A stretch of 64,000 bases of DNA from Selaginella moellendorffii (GCF_000143415.4 NW_003314380.1:268924-332923), one strand, 5' to 3'. Shown: positions 49,201 through 62,686, counted from the first letter of the stretch. Notes: generated by a model not told the origin, from the letters alone. Numbers and translations: made by a program.

Positions 49201-50144
49201 CATTCCGCCCCGGATTACGAGAGCTGGGCCACCTGGTGGGAAAAACAGGTAGAAGAAAAGTTATCCAACTTGAAAACTACTAGTTTCGTGTTTCTCTTGT
49301 TCTTTCTGCTAGACGGATTTGAGGGGCTTCCGAGCTAGAGCCGTGGAATGCATCCTGAGCTTACGCTTCTTCCTTATCCAGTTTGGAGTGGCTTATCACC
49401 TCAGGTCGGGTGTCGGAACAATCTCTCTGCTGGTAAAAGCTGTGTTTTCGTCTTTAAAAGCATGCACAAACAAGAGAGCTTGTGCTGTCAGGTGTACGCA
49501 AGTTCATGGGTGTTGTTCGTTTGCATAGGCTTGCTAGTGGCGGTAAGCTCCAAACCCAGCCAGCTCTCACGCTAATCAAACGTTTTTCTCTTTTGTAGTT
49601 CCTGTCACTCAGCCCAAGGAGCAGTAACAAGCTCCGCTTTGTTCACTTCCTTGCATTCATAGTTCTTCTCGCTGCCTTCATCACCGGATGCGTCTTCACG
49701 CTGAGGCTCCAAGTCCTGGATGTTATAGCGAGCATCCTAGCTCTCATTCCCACCGGCTGGGGGATTCTCAGCGTAAGCTTTGTGTAGCTTCCTTCCAATC
49801 CATTATCACCTCCAACTCTTTCTTCACAGATTGGCATAGCTTGCAAGCCATGGCTCAGGAAGGCGAGGCTGTGGTGGCTCATGTCCGTCTGGGCCTGGAG
49901 CTACGACGTCGGCATGGGCTACGTGATCTTCGCTCCCATCATCTTCCTCTCGTGGTTCCCATTTATCTCTCCACTCCACACGCGCATTCTCTTCAACCAA
50001 GCTTTTAGCCGCGGGCTCGAGATATCTGTCCTACTGTCAACCCCCATAACCACCACAACAGAAGAAACCATCGGAAGAAGACAGAAGGAACCATCGGAAG
50101 AAGACAGAAGAAGAAGCTTGAACATACATACTGGGAATTTATGA
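43296..50144 (+). CDS. CalS: Second, divergent callose synthase lacking the N-terminal Vta1-like region; start codon uncertain
   Basis: DILDYLRDVCKFQ|[82 protein letters not shown] and [14 protein letters not shown]. The exon junctions I checked keep the frame; I did not check all of them. Confidence 0.92.
44281..44370 (+). repeat. Coding 30-bp tandem repeat, three copies (EKxxHKKKVE)
   Basis: cgagaaatggcagcacaagcaaaaagtcga / agagaaacagcgacacaagaaaaaagtcga / agagaaatggccacacaagaaaaaagtcaa. Confidence 0.9.
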
Positions 50145-50284
50145 TATTACAATGGACCTTTTGAGGCTTTCACTGTGGCAGCTATCCGGCAATAATATCC
50201 TGTCAAAACTATATGGCTATTAGCACGAACAATGCTAACAAGCCATCCACACTCACTTGGATGATGGTAGAGCTCCTTTTCTTT

Positions 50285-53200
50285 TCATAATCTTTGGTCG
50301 CCGGCTATCTTTGTTCCTTTTTCCTGTACAATAGCAGCGCTACTAGCCGGGTGTCCCCCAACTGTTATAGAGTCGCTTTATTCCAGGACGAATCGCTCGT
50401 ATTTTCACCAGGGCAGAAGTTTGTATCTGTAAGGAACAGCTTTAGCGAAAAGAAGAGCAATAAAGTTAAAGTCGGCACACCTTTGGGCAGTTCCGAAGGT
50501 CTAAAGTCTCCAGCAAACTGCAATCTCTTATGGCTTCTTCCAGCTCGCCTTCCTCGATTCCAGATGCCTACAAGCGAGGAGGTGAGATGAAAAGAGCTTT
50601 TTTTTTTGGGCGTAAGAAAACTAAGTACCTGCAAACACAGGCTCACGAGCTTGGGACAATCCAGTTTAAGATCCATGAGCGACAGGCAGTTACTAAAAGA
50701 ACAAAGTGTTAGAGGGCAAAGGTGATAGGCGAATGCGATCCACATACCTCAAGTTCAAAGCTATCAAGTTCGTGCACGCCAGTCGTACCTCCTTTATGTT
50801 GGTGGACAAGGAGAGGTTCAGAATCGAAAGATGGAGGCAACCAGCCGATGACGGAATGAAAACTCTCTTGATGTTGGGGCACCCGACGCAGTTCAAAGTC
50901 TGCAAGCACCTCTCCGCTGAAACTTCCATTGGCTGTTCTTCACGGTCAGCATCGTGCATATGGGTATCCTCCTCGGTGCTTGCAGACGGCCACTCGATGT
51001 CAAACACGTTGGAGCAGCCATTGAGACTGACGTGTTTGAGGTGGGGACATTCCGACAGCAGCCCGTCGATTGCATTCCGGTCAAGGCTCCCATACGAAAG
51101 ATCGAGTTCTTGCAGATCCGGAAGTAGTTTTCCACCATGCAAGGCGACCAAAGCGTCGTTGGCGAGGTATTTACACGCAGAGAGCCTCAAGACCTGGACA
51201 AAAAAAAATTAACACCCAACAATTTTCCGAAGATAATCACTAACCTCCAACTGAGGACATGCTTCGTAGATGGGAGACAAGTCGGTCAAAAATGTGTAAG
51301 AGAGGTCCAAAACTGTTAAGCCTGGCAACTGCTTCAAGGCTAGCAAACCACTTGGTCCCACGGAAGGGCATGACGCCAGAACAAGGGACTGTATAAGCGA
51401 GCATGCATTGCTCGTGGCCGCAAGACAGTCATCTCCTAGTTGGCTGCACAGTACAGCATCAGTAACAACCAAGTAACGTACGTGTTATCAGATCAAACCT
51501 GCAGTACGAAGCATCTAAAGACAGGAGAGACGGGCAAATGATTTCCGCCTGGCGAAGAATTCCACACCCCCTGAGATCAAGAGCCACCATCTGATCCGCT
51601 CTGATCACAAGTGTTTTCAGGTGGGGACAGATTCCAAGATTTAAGGATCTCAATCCGACCTGCCACAACACAGTCGCATCTAAGTCATCAATTACCCAAC
51701 CAAGAAAACATACCGGTTTTAAGCTTGCCCGACTGAGATGGTCACATCCATCTAACAGCAAGCGTTGAAGCTCTGGACACTGAAGATCGATAGAGGAAAC
51801 TGTTCGGCAGCCAGCAAGAGATAAATAAAGTAACGATGAGCTCGATAACCTTATAGCCGTTAGACCCTGCACAGCGTACTCATGTGCACTTGCCATTTCG
51901 CGAAACAGAAAGGACATACCTCACAGCTGTCGAGGATAAGTGATCTCAATCGCGGGCATCCGCCCCCATTACTGAAGACTTCGCATAAAGAGTTCGAAAG
52001 CGAGTCACAGTCTGTCAAGTCGACCTCGTGCAAGGATGGGCATTGCAAAAGTATGGTCGCCAGGTTTTGTTGTTGATTTAGAACTAGCTTCTGTTAGAAA
52101 ATGTATATAGAATGTAAGTAATTTATAAACAATTAGCCGACACTTTACCTGAAGGCTACTCGAACTTATATCAATTCTGTTGAGCATTGGACACTTTGTG
52201 ACATCGATCGATGTCAGAGCTGGCGAACGAAGAGCAAGCTCTGAAAACCTGATCCAAGTGAAAGATGCCAAAAAGTGAGAGGGACCATAAAACAAAAGAG
52301 CACTTACTTCCGACAGTTTGTCAAACTGATCTTCTTTAGGCGCGGTAAGTCTAGCGATACCGTCGTCAGCAACCAGCAAAAATCAAGAAGAAGTTCCTGC
52401 AAGAGAAGGACTAAAGTTAACAGGGTGCAAAGTCCATCCTTGGCTTACTTCGAGCATGTAACAATGAGAGATGGCCGTCATAGACGAGGAATTGATTCCT
52501 TCGCAATTGACAAGAGTCAAAGAAACGAGCACTGGCATCCGAACACCCTGCAAATCGGGCTCAGAATTCAATCCGCAAACTTACAACTATCATGCTTACT
52601 TCAAGAGAAATGTTAGGACAATTTGAAGCATCAAGGGACCTCAAGTTTGAGCACGCAATAGCAATCTCTCGCAGAGTTTCATCACTGACATAAGAGCAAT
52701 GAGATATATCCAGCTCCGACAAAAGAGGACAGGTTGTCGCTGCTGCTCTCACTCCAGTATCAGAAAGCTTATGGCATGACGATATATCAAGACGCAAGAG
52801 TCGAGGACAGTGAAGCATTACAGCAGCTGTGCCTGTGCGTCTTAGAGACAACCCTTGCAAATGTGAACCTCTGCAAACGAGACATAAGGTTACGGACCAA
52901 GAACTTGAACATTTAGCAATGTACCTACCGGACATGAACTCGTAAAACTCGGCATTTTACAATATCGAGTTTTAGCAAGTGGTCATGACGGATCTGTATC
53001 TCTTGAGAAGCTCCACTGCCTAAGACTGCGTCTGAAATACTCAAAGTTCTCAAACTAGCGCATTCGGCCGATAAAGCGTGAAAGAACGGATCACCATATA
53101 ACCCCTCTCCCAAGCTAAGAACCTGCAATGCTCTGAAATTCAAAGAAAAAACAGGGATGAGTGCATGAAAAAGTAATCACTTGAATTACTCGTCACCTGA

Positions 53201-54275
53201 GGCTCCGGATTGCGTCAAGCGCAAGTAGATCCTCCACAATTTTACATTTCAGGTTTAGCTCGATTGCGTTGGGATACCTTTGGCATAAGTTTCTCACTGC
53301 AGGAGATTTTGTAAGAAACAATTGCAACAATGATGCGGTCACCTTGCTTCGGAGTCACCCGTCGGCCTTCAAAATTCAAAATCTTCCAAAAGTCCTCGTG
53401 CGCACTTGCGACACGCCATTGCCGACAAACTATTGCCGCACGACACAAAGAGACGTCGTCCAGATAAGAGAAAACCTGCACAGTTTCAACAGGTATTCTA
53501 GCTCCACATCAATAAACAACCGGTACCTTGTGAAGCAAATCATCTGTGAGATCCATCCTAGCCTCTCCAGCAAAAGGTTCTTCTGGCTCCACCTCCCGGG
53601 GCGCGATGGGAACGATTTTCTCTTCCTCCTCTGCGATAGACATCTCCCTGCGAAGCTCCTGGATCTGTAGCTCAAAAGCCTGCGTCTCTCGAGTCTTCCT
53701 ACGCCTGCAGTGGTGTCATAAAAAATCCAAAAGGAATTTATGGAAGGTAAAACCACCAAGACTTACGCAGCAAAAGTAACAAGCTTCGTCCTCTTGGAAA
53801 GCTTGTGTAGCTGGGACTTGTTAGCTCCCGGAGGCGCTAGCAAAAAACACTGCTGCTCGGTCTCAGGAGTATCCTCTTCCATGATCCTCAGTGCCTCGGC
53901 CTGATTGCGAAGCCCCCGCCCAAGCTCCGAGATAATCTCCGCCGCGATCCTGGAACCATCTACATCCCCAAACCCAAACCCCAGAGACAGGGAATCCGAG
54001 CAAGCCTTCAACGCAGCACTGCTCTGGTACCCCCTGAGTGATTCGCCAGCGCCAGCGGCAGTGGAGCTCGTTCCAATGTCCTCACTGCCGCTAATGCCGC
54101 TGGAGCTGCGAGCTAGACCTTTCCCTCTCAGGATCCGGCGCTCCTGTTGTTCCAACTCGGGCATGGAGGAATGGGGCTCATTCTCCAGCCCTCTCGCCGC
54201 CCACTCGTCGCCGCCGTTGTTGCTGCTGCTGCTGCTGCTGCTGTTGCCGCTGCTGCTGCCGGAAATCTCCTCCAT
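50285..54275 (-). CDS. FBL15: F-box/LRR protein 15 (SLOMO-like), multi-exon
   Basis: F-box VFSYLDDVSLCRAAIVCRQWRVASAHEDFWK and many LRRs (CHKLSDTGVRAAATTCP, CPSLHEVDLTDCDSL, LNLGICP, LNCVGCPNIKRV). The last exon ends ...AGDQRL-stop at 50285. Confidence 0.9.
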
Positions 54276-54649
54276 TTCGAGCGCGCATTCCTGGTAATCC
54301 ACGCGATGCGCCGGCGCCGTGCTCTCGGGCTCGCACGCTTACCTCGATTGTGAGCTCCACTCGCACGCACAAACCCTAATTTTATTTCAGACCTAGGCCA
54401 AAACTCTCTCCAGCTCACTGCGATAATAAAAGGGGTAAAATAACTGCAATGCATTTTTATCTTTCCTCCTGCCGTACATATATTTCTTTATCCATTGGAC
54501 AAAATGCAAAGGTTAATTCTGATAGACATATTTGCCCTAAACCTGGCACACGAAACACGTGCTTGGATACGCCATATCTCCCCCTGCTCGTATTCCCTTT
54601 CTCCAGTAAAAAGTCAAATAAAAGGTATGTACGTTTTTCAAGGTCTGGT

Positions 54650-55670
54650 TTAAACTACGCTTATTGGCTCCGAAGTGGGGGCAAGCTTCTCCAGATTAGG
54701 CGGGGCCACTAAGTTGGCGGAGCCGAGGCTTAGCCTCGTCAGGTCCTCCGGTCCTTCCTCCAGTGCTAAGGTTTTAGCAGGGGTTTTGGGCTTAGGCCCC
54801 GCTAACTTATCCGCCGCTGGATTTGGCGATGTGGATATACACAGCCACTGTCGCGGATTTTCCACGGAGGATGACGAAATGCTCTCCTCCTGGGGCGCGA
54901 GCGGTGGAAGATGCCTTTGGAATCTGGGAGATTCCCTTGGATCCGAGCTCGTTGCATCGTCCATTGCCTGCTTGCCACGAAGATTTCTCCGGGGATTACA
55001 ATCCGCCTGTCCTTGTTCCAAGGTCAGTGGAAGAACAAGTGGATGCTTCTTCTTACCTCTGGGGAGATGTCAAACAAGCTGGAGCGGCGCTTGCGCTTGG
55101 TGAGATTGCTCTGGCGGATGAAATACTTCTGCGCGTGGCTCGCGACCTGCGTCGGCGTCCTGCTCGTCACGTAATTCCTCGAGATCCCCCGCCAATCTCC
55201 TTTCCCCAGGGCGTGGAGACCCACCAAGAACAGCCGGTGTTCTTCCTCCCTCCACGGAACACCTGGAAAATTTCCAGAGAGATTCAGCCAATTGCGATGT
55301 GGACGACGTGAATTGAGGAGGATTGGAAGCGACCCAAGCCGAGAGATCGCGAGAATGGGCGAGAATTGGGCTGCAATTTACCTTTCTTCCTCGCTCTCGC
55401 GTAGCTCGACGCCTGGACGAGCCCATCCGAGGCGTAGCCATCGCCGCCCGACTCAGATTGCTCCGACGCGACCGCGGAGCTGCTCGTCGGCGTCGCGATT
55501 GCTTGCATTGTCACCAAATTCCCCGCGCTGGCGCTCCTCCGCATCGCTACGCCGCTCGCGCCGTCCGTGGCCTTCATCGTGAGCCTCACGCCAAACAACC
55601 GGATGCCGCGATCCGGACACGTCCTCGAGTTGTGGCCATTGTGGCCACAATGCGAGCACCTCCGCGCCAT
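54650..55670 (-). CDS. MYB-related repressor with CCHC knuckle and SHAQKYF domain (KUA1/MYBS3/MYBH-like), 3 exons
   Basis: [23 protein letters not shown] motif, [29 protein letters not shown] and a C-terminal LTRLSLG (EAR-like). Confidence 0.93.
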
Positions 55671-55937
55671 CCTGATCGATTGCCAGTTCTTCCCACACAA
55701 GAGAAACTTCTCCACAAATCTGGAATCTTAACCGCGGAGAGTGTGAGGGGAAAAAGAAGAAGAAGAATGACCCAATGCCCTCGCTGCAATGGCCAAGCAC
55801 GCAGGTAGATCTGGGGCCGGTTAGCTGACAAGGCACCGACCATGATCCGACGGTCCAGATTCATCGTCAATTCCTCCGCGGAAATGTTCTATCTCTGTGA
55901 AAATGTAGCCTAAAATCTCAGGGTTTCCATCCTCGCG

Positions 55938-58900
55938 ATGGAGGACGAGGTGATCTTGGAGCTCCGCGACAGCGATTGCGACGAGGGAGGAGCTGCGATT
56001 CACGTTGCGGCGATGGAGAGGGGGGATTGGATTCCGCTGCTTCTCGCGAGGAAGTGCAAGGTTTTCTTGCGTGCGTCCAGGGTCATGTACGTTTGCGAGT
56101 CGAGATATTCGCTCCTGCTAACGTAGGGTCTACAGGTTATCGGAGCGATCCAGCTATTTTCGATCGCTCTTCAGCAATTTCAGGTTCTTGTCTATCGCTC
56201 GACTCGGGATTTCGGTTATCCTTTTCGTTTTCAGGGAGGCCCATAGTGATCACGTTGTTGTGACTTGGAATTTGGAAGTTCTAGCCAACATTTTGCAAGG
56301 AATTCTATTCGAGCGCCTCGACGTAGCTCCTTGCAGCGTCGCAGACTTGCTTGAGGTAAAAACCATCGCAAGTATAGCTTCTTCTTTTCATCTCTTTGCT
56401 CTTTGCATGCAGGGCGCCACATTTTTTGGCTGCGATTCTATTATTTCTGAGTGTCAAGTTTGGATTGCTTCTGACATGCTCTCGTGTTCTCGAGACAACC
56501 AAGATGTTTTGCAGTACGTTCCTCGTCTCTGGAAAGTTGCCACTGAAACAGGTTTGTTTCTTAGTATCTGAAATCACAAGGAAACCTGTGGTATGCATTC
56601 AGGAGTCCCTACTATTGCCAGTGCTTGCGCGCGCTACCTCGCAATCAACTTTGTAAGTAAACCCTTTAACTTTGTTTGCTCTCTTTATAGAAGTAACTTG
56701 GTCCAGCGGCAGTGACTTCAGGAAGATGCGGGCTCTGGTGAATTCCTCGAAAACATTCCACTTTTACTTTTTCAAGCTGCTGTAAACCATCCATTTCTCA
56801 CCATATCCAGGTGCGGTTGTTTACAAAGCTATGTCTTGTGGCCAACAACAATCTCTTTTACAGCGAGAGAAACCTTTTCCAGGCTATCTTACGCAGGTGT
56901 AGCTTTGAAACAAGGGATTGCGCACTCGAGCTAATAAGCAAGGTTGCACATTATATACCTTCTGTATGAACTCATTTCTAAAATCATTTACCGAGACAGG
57001 TCAGAATGCATTGGGTGCCGGTGGACTTTCTAGCAGGTCGGTGGATCCATAATACGTGTCTTTTCTTCTTTCTTACACTTCTCTACCTATCCAGCTCAGT
57101 CGGATAACTCATTATTGAACTCCCACAATCGTGACCTTCCTTTGGAACCTCCTGAAATAAAATCCGCGGGCCTTCGGCTTTCTCAATACACAAAGGTCAG
57201 ATATTTGTTTTTGTGCTTTCTTGTGATTTATTTTATTCTTTTCTTGATAGATTTTGGATCTTACTGGATGCCAGCAAGTTACAGACGTGATATTGTTCGA
57301 CTCGGTTCTTTGTTCGCCTATAAATGTTGAAGGAGAGTACATACTGCATTCATTCCTGAACAGTTCTTCTCGATATTCAAACTCTTCTGCATCTGGTCCG
57401 TTCCTCAATCACCTGGTCAGCCTGTATCCTCTTCAAGAAGAGAGAACGCAATTTGAGCTAATGCAACTTCCAAGCGTATCAGAAGAAGTTAACAAACCAG
57501 ATAGATCCGGTATTCCACTTTTGAACAGCCTTCGAGTTTTGCTTCTCGGTAAGTGCTGGAGAGTAAGACCAGAGGAGCTATTTCTATGGATAAAGACGAC
57601 GTGCTCAAGCCTGCAACAGTTGAACTTGTCGCAGTGTCCTCAATTTTCGGCTTTTTTCCTATCTCATTTGGCTTCGGCTTGCCCTTTTATTGAGGTAGCG
57701 GACTTTTCTCGAGATTTAAGCGTTATCCACCTTGCGACCGTGAAGAAGCCTTGTACTGGAAAACTGTTGACGACTTCGTACAAGAAAGGTTCATGGGACA
57801 CTCATCGTTATTTAGTCGAACTTCATCTTACGGGCCATACTGAGCTCAAAGGTCCGTCTTCTGAGTATACTCCTTTTTGCTAATTTGCTTTGCATCACAG
57901 ATTCCGAGTTATCTTTGATATCGAAAAAGTGTCCAAGTATATCTGCAATCTCATTAAGTGGATGCAGTAATCTCAGTGACTCGGGCATTGCAAAGTTTTT
58001 GCAAAGCCATCCAAAACTGCGGTTGCTCCGAGCTGCTATCACCGCATTTGGATTTCAATCTGTATGTGCATTACTGGCGGCTTCTGATCAAGAATGTAAC
58101 CTGGAAGTATTGGACCTTGCCTACTGTACAGGTTTGCTGATCTCTTTCATGTGTTTAACCGAAGAAAATTCAACTCACAAAACTACAGGATTGTCTGCTG
58201 GAGCTCTTGTTCGTCTGCTGACACGAATATCCAGTTTCTTAAGCCTATCGCTTTGTTACACGAACCTCATTGATGATGGCCTCTTTCTGTCTTGTGGAAC
58301 CTCTCTGGAAACTTTAAATATACGAGGAACGCAGGTAAAGGATTGCCTAAGCTGTTTTTTTTCAAGAATCTCTTAAAATGCTAGCAATGCAGGTTACTGG
58401 AGCGGCTATATCATACACAATCAGAAAAAATTTTAAACTTACAAGTCTGAACTTCAGAGACTGTAGAGGAGCATTTTCGTATGAAGGTTTGAAAGAGGAA
58501 AAACTGGATCTTCGTAGGTTGAAAGCCGGGTGGGGTGTGGCACACATTCTGGCAAACGCAAAACTTCCCTTTTTACAAACACTTCACCTGGGACTCGGAG
58601 CACAGATTACCAGCACATTTCTTCGTGAGCTTCCCAGTCGTTGTCCACAGTTACAACATCTTTCTCTGTCTCTCCAGGTAAGATCAGTTGTTTGCGTTAT
58701 CTATTTACTTACGGTTTTCTCCATAATTGCAGGACCTTTTAGATGACGAATTAAATCATGCAATAGCGAAGTTACCATTCTTGACTACGCTGAAACTGCG
58801 TCATACTTTGCAGCCATTGTCGGGAAAGTTTTTGGAATCTTTAACTTCCAATCTTGTCTCTCTGAAGCTTGAAGATGTTTGCCCTTCGCTTACAAATGCT

Positions 58901-59662
58901 CAACTTGCATCAGTTGCAACTTCTTGTAAAGGTCTGCGTCAACTGTCACTGACGGCGTGCCGTTGGCTTGATTCTGGTCTGTAAATTTTATTTTTCTTTG
59001 TACTTCCACATAACAGTTTTCTTATTGTCAACAGGTGCTCTGAGCATAATTTGTAAAGCCTGGCCTGCACTTTCTGAACTTAAGCTGGAGGTTTAAATTA
59101 ACATCTAGAACCAACGTCTTAGCTGACGCTCTTTCTCTTATTTGCAGGATTGTGGCGAGGCTACAAGGGAAGGTGCCGCTGTCTTACTCTGCTTGTATGG
59201 ACTCCAATCGTTGACATTACGTCATAATGTAAGATGGAAACGTTGGGAATGCCTTACTTAATTCGTTTGCTTTGAGCAGGGAGCTGGTCTGCCAAGGAAC
59301 TTCATAATGGATGCTTCGTATCAGGTACTTAAATCTGGGCGGAGGTAGCTGAAAAATCTCTAAGATATTCTATTTGCAGTTCCCACTGCTGAGATGCTTA
59401 TCTCTGGACTCATGTGATACGTCAGGGCATTTCAACACGCCTCAGGTGAGTAAACTAGACACAGTATATAAAATCTTACATGCTTTTTCAATCCTAGGAT
59501 GGAAACTGGAGATCCATTTCCACAATCAAGATAGCTTACTGCAGACATGTTCCTAGTGCATTTTGCTTTGAGGGAAGGGGACGAAGAGTCCACAGGCACA
59601 CTGAGGTGATGGAACGAGGAGGCACCACGCTGCGTACATTCATAGTCAAAGAGAGGCTCTAG
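55938..59662 (+). CDS. FBL11: BTB/POZ + BACK + LRR protein FBL11-like, multi-exon
   Basis: FREAHSDHVVVTWN...GATFFGCDSII (BTB), ILDLTGCQQVT, LRRs (ISLSGCSNLSDSGI, LKAGWG) and C-terminus VHRHT...TFIVKERL-stop. Confidence 0.82.
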
Positions 59663-59737
59663 ACAAGCGTGTAATCCAGGTGCCTTTTGAAGAACATCAT
59701 TCACTTTTAGTTTCTAGTTCCTGGACTAACACCACGC

Positions 59738-60698
59738 CTACATCTCCTTAACGACAGTTTGGAAGCCTTTTCCTTTCTCCCAGTAGTCAGCCAGGGAATG
59801 AATTCCAAGGTCGGGTCCTTTCATATCAGCTCGCTTCTTCTTCTTCGCAGCAAACGAGACACCATATCGTTCCTCAACATCTACACAATCACGGAGTCAG
59901 CATCACTAGAGGTACAACAAAGTCTTACCTTTGGCCAATTTATCGTGGAGCTGACCATCCTTTGTGAAGGACATCATGAGCTGCGGCGGCCCCAGAGGCA
60001 GCGCGTCTCCTCGATCAAACTGCCAGAAGTGGAAAGTCTTGCCATACGTCTTGGCGACTTTGGCAAGCTCGGCGTGCTCGGCCATCTCGGGCAGGCCCGG
60101 ACAGAAGAGGATGCCGCTCTTCACCTCGTACTCGTGAGAGTGCCAGAGCTTCTTCTCCTCCTCCGGCAGCCCCATGAAGAGAGCTTCGGAGATGATATAC
60201 TCGATGCCGATGAGCCTCGCGTTCGCGTCATCGCTGTCGTAGATAACGCACTGCCGCATGTCTTCGTTTACATGGCCACAGTAGTGGTGGGCTTCTACCT
60301 GGCGGCTCATGTCGTGTCCATAGCCGTGGAAGCTGAGAAGAAACCAAGATAAGGCGTCAGCCAAAGGCAAGCAAAAAGAGAAACTTCTTTGCTCTAAGTT
60401 GATGTTTTCTCCTGGCAGGAAAACGCACAAGAGGGAAGCTGGAACACCAAAAACTCTATGGAGAAAAGCTTCTTCCAAAACAGAGAAGAGAAAATCGCGA
60501 GCCACAACAACAACAAAGACGAGAGAGATCTAGAAGGAGCTTGCGATCTTACGCGCAAAGATGTTGATGGATCTTGTTCACTGGAGCGAAGCTTTGGAGG
60601 ATTGAAGCGCCGGACTCCAAGACCTTGGTCTTGGTCTCCTTGGCATCGCCAGGAACATACTCCCTCGTCGCCACCGGCCCAGGCCCAACAGCAGCCAT
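59738..60698 (-). CDS. OBAP1: Oil body-associated protein 1 (DUF1264), 3 exons
   Basis: [15 protein letters not shown]|[18 protein letters not shown]...RLIGIEYII...[12 protein letters not shown]...[27 protein letters not shown]. The last exon ends FQTVVKEM-stop. Confidence 0.94.
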
Positions 60699-60740
60699 TC
60701 TCTTCTTCCTCTCGATCAATCGACGAGCTAAAACCCTCTT

Positions 60741-60784
60741 GCCAAGTGGCGTATATGCACATTGCCACCCGACAGCCACGTGTC
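60741..60784 (-). promoter_or_regulatory. ABRE cluster upstream of OBAP1
   Basis: GACACGTGGC (Em1a-type ABRE/G-box, minus strand) at 60775-60784 and GCCACTTGGC at 60741-60750, both within 90 bp of the ATG. Confidence 0.65.
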
Positions 60785-61000
60785 ACAACGTGCAAGCATA
60801 TTCTGTTTGCTTTGTATATTCAGTCAGAGGATATTCTGTATATTCTGTTAGGGGCGGGATATTCAGCTTTGGAATCATTTTCTTTTTTGTCTTTGATTTG
60901 TGGCTCTCTCGTGGCCACTACTGAGCGCTGTCTAGGTCGGGGGCCGCGGCATGGCAAAGCGAGCAAGAACCTAGCGCCGTGAGCACCGCCGCTGTAAGTC

Positions 61001-62686
61001 ATGAGAATCCAGGCGGGAGCGCGCGAGAATGGGACAATATCGAGATTTCGCGCGTGGGATTGCGGCAGCCCCGCCGCCGCGAAGCCGTGCTGCTGCCGGG
61101 CTGCAAAGCCGAATGGCTCGTCTGGCTTGGAAGAGCAAGACAAGTCTGGGCACCAGTGCCGCTTAGCCGAGGCGGCGAAATATGCCCGGCAGGATGCGAT
61201 GCTTGTGACGGCCGCAGCGCAGAATATGGACGAGAAAGCTCGAAGTAATCTTCTTCTTTTAGCTCGGTGAGTAAGAGCCTTGTAGCCTTGTTTCTTATTT
61301 CTACCTTGTATTGATGGCAGGGAGTTTTCGAGATTGGACATGCGTGCTCGCCAAGACATGGCGTTGATAGGATCGACAGTGACAAAACTAGATGGTAAGA
61401 ACATCCTTCTGGAACTTCTATCATTTTGCTTTGACGTTTATATAATTCTTTTTCCAAAGCTCGTGCCAGGGAGAGGGCGCACAGAAAGGCTGACCGCGTC
61501 AATCGTATAGCCACAGTATTTAGTTTAGAGGATGATTTCCACCCAAGCTAAAGTTTTTTCCGTTTTATTTTCTCTTGTGATTCTCCCATTTTCAGAAGTT
61601 GAAGGAGATTGCAGGCAGCGAATTGAAAGTAGCAGCAACTGAGCATTGGAATGACGGAGCTCTGGATGTAAGCTCCTAAGTCCTGTTCTTTCGATCGTAA
61701 TGTATTCCTCTTACAGGCCGATCTCCGCTTGGCCGATTTACGGGCTCGTAGACGAGCTATGGAAGATTCTTTTGCAACTGTTCAGGTGGCTTGCATATAA
61801 ATATGAATGTGTAAGACTCTCCTTCCGCATGCAGGCAGTGAAGAGCATTCATGATGCTGCCGTCAAGGTGTTGCTGATGAAGTAAGAGATTTTGTGCTTT
61901 TTCTTTGCGGTAGTGAGCATTTTATTATTTGGTTGCAGAGAAAATGCTGAAACTACAACGCTGAATCCTGGCACTGACGAAACTTCACGTCCTGTAAAGA
62001 AAACAACCTTGGACCGAGTTGCCGAATTTGAGGTCTCTTTCTTTCACTTGTTGTAACAATTTCTAAGCCGTACACAACACGTCTAGTCAACAGGAAGCCT
62101 ACGTGAAAATGGCGTCACTGTTGGCGGAGGTCAATGTTTTGGACGATAGTGATCCGGATGAGGTATATGAATATCCTGCTTCAATTCCTGCTGATGTTTG
62201 CATCTGTCTAGCTCGAATATATAATAGCAACACTTCTCGATATGGATGAAGTTCATGGTGCAAGTGGTGCAACTCTTGTCACGCAGACCGCGAGCTCTCC
62301 AGATATTGCAACCAGGCAAGGCCTTTTATGTTCTATATCTTGCGAATTGTGGTTCGAGGTCGTTAATTCCTTTTTGTCACGCAGGCGTGCTTTAGTTGAT
62401 GCCCTTGCAAATGCACCGTCTCTTTTGGCCCTTGGAAATGCTGGAATCAGCGCATTACAGGTTAGCTCTTTTTTTTTACAGCGGCATTTACCACGCGTCC
62501 TATGACCCTGGCCAGAGATTAGCTGAAGACGAAAATCTCGAGGTCTCTCGTGCTGCCTCGAAAGCTCTGGATGAACTCCAAAGCGAATGGAAACATATCG
62601 ATGCTAGCATGCTTTCCAACAACGTTGACGGTGGCCAGCACTATTTGGATGACACGACATTAATGGAGGACCCGGAAGAAGATTAG
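61001..62686 (+). CDS. AAF: Chloroplast senescence-associated protein AAF/OSA15-like, multi-exon
   Basis: EFSRLDMRARQD, EHWNDGALD|ADLRLADLRARRRAMED, ALVDALANAPSLLALGNAGISALQ and RLAEDENLEVSRAASKALDEL. Confidence 0.85.
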
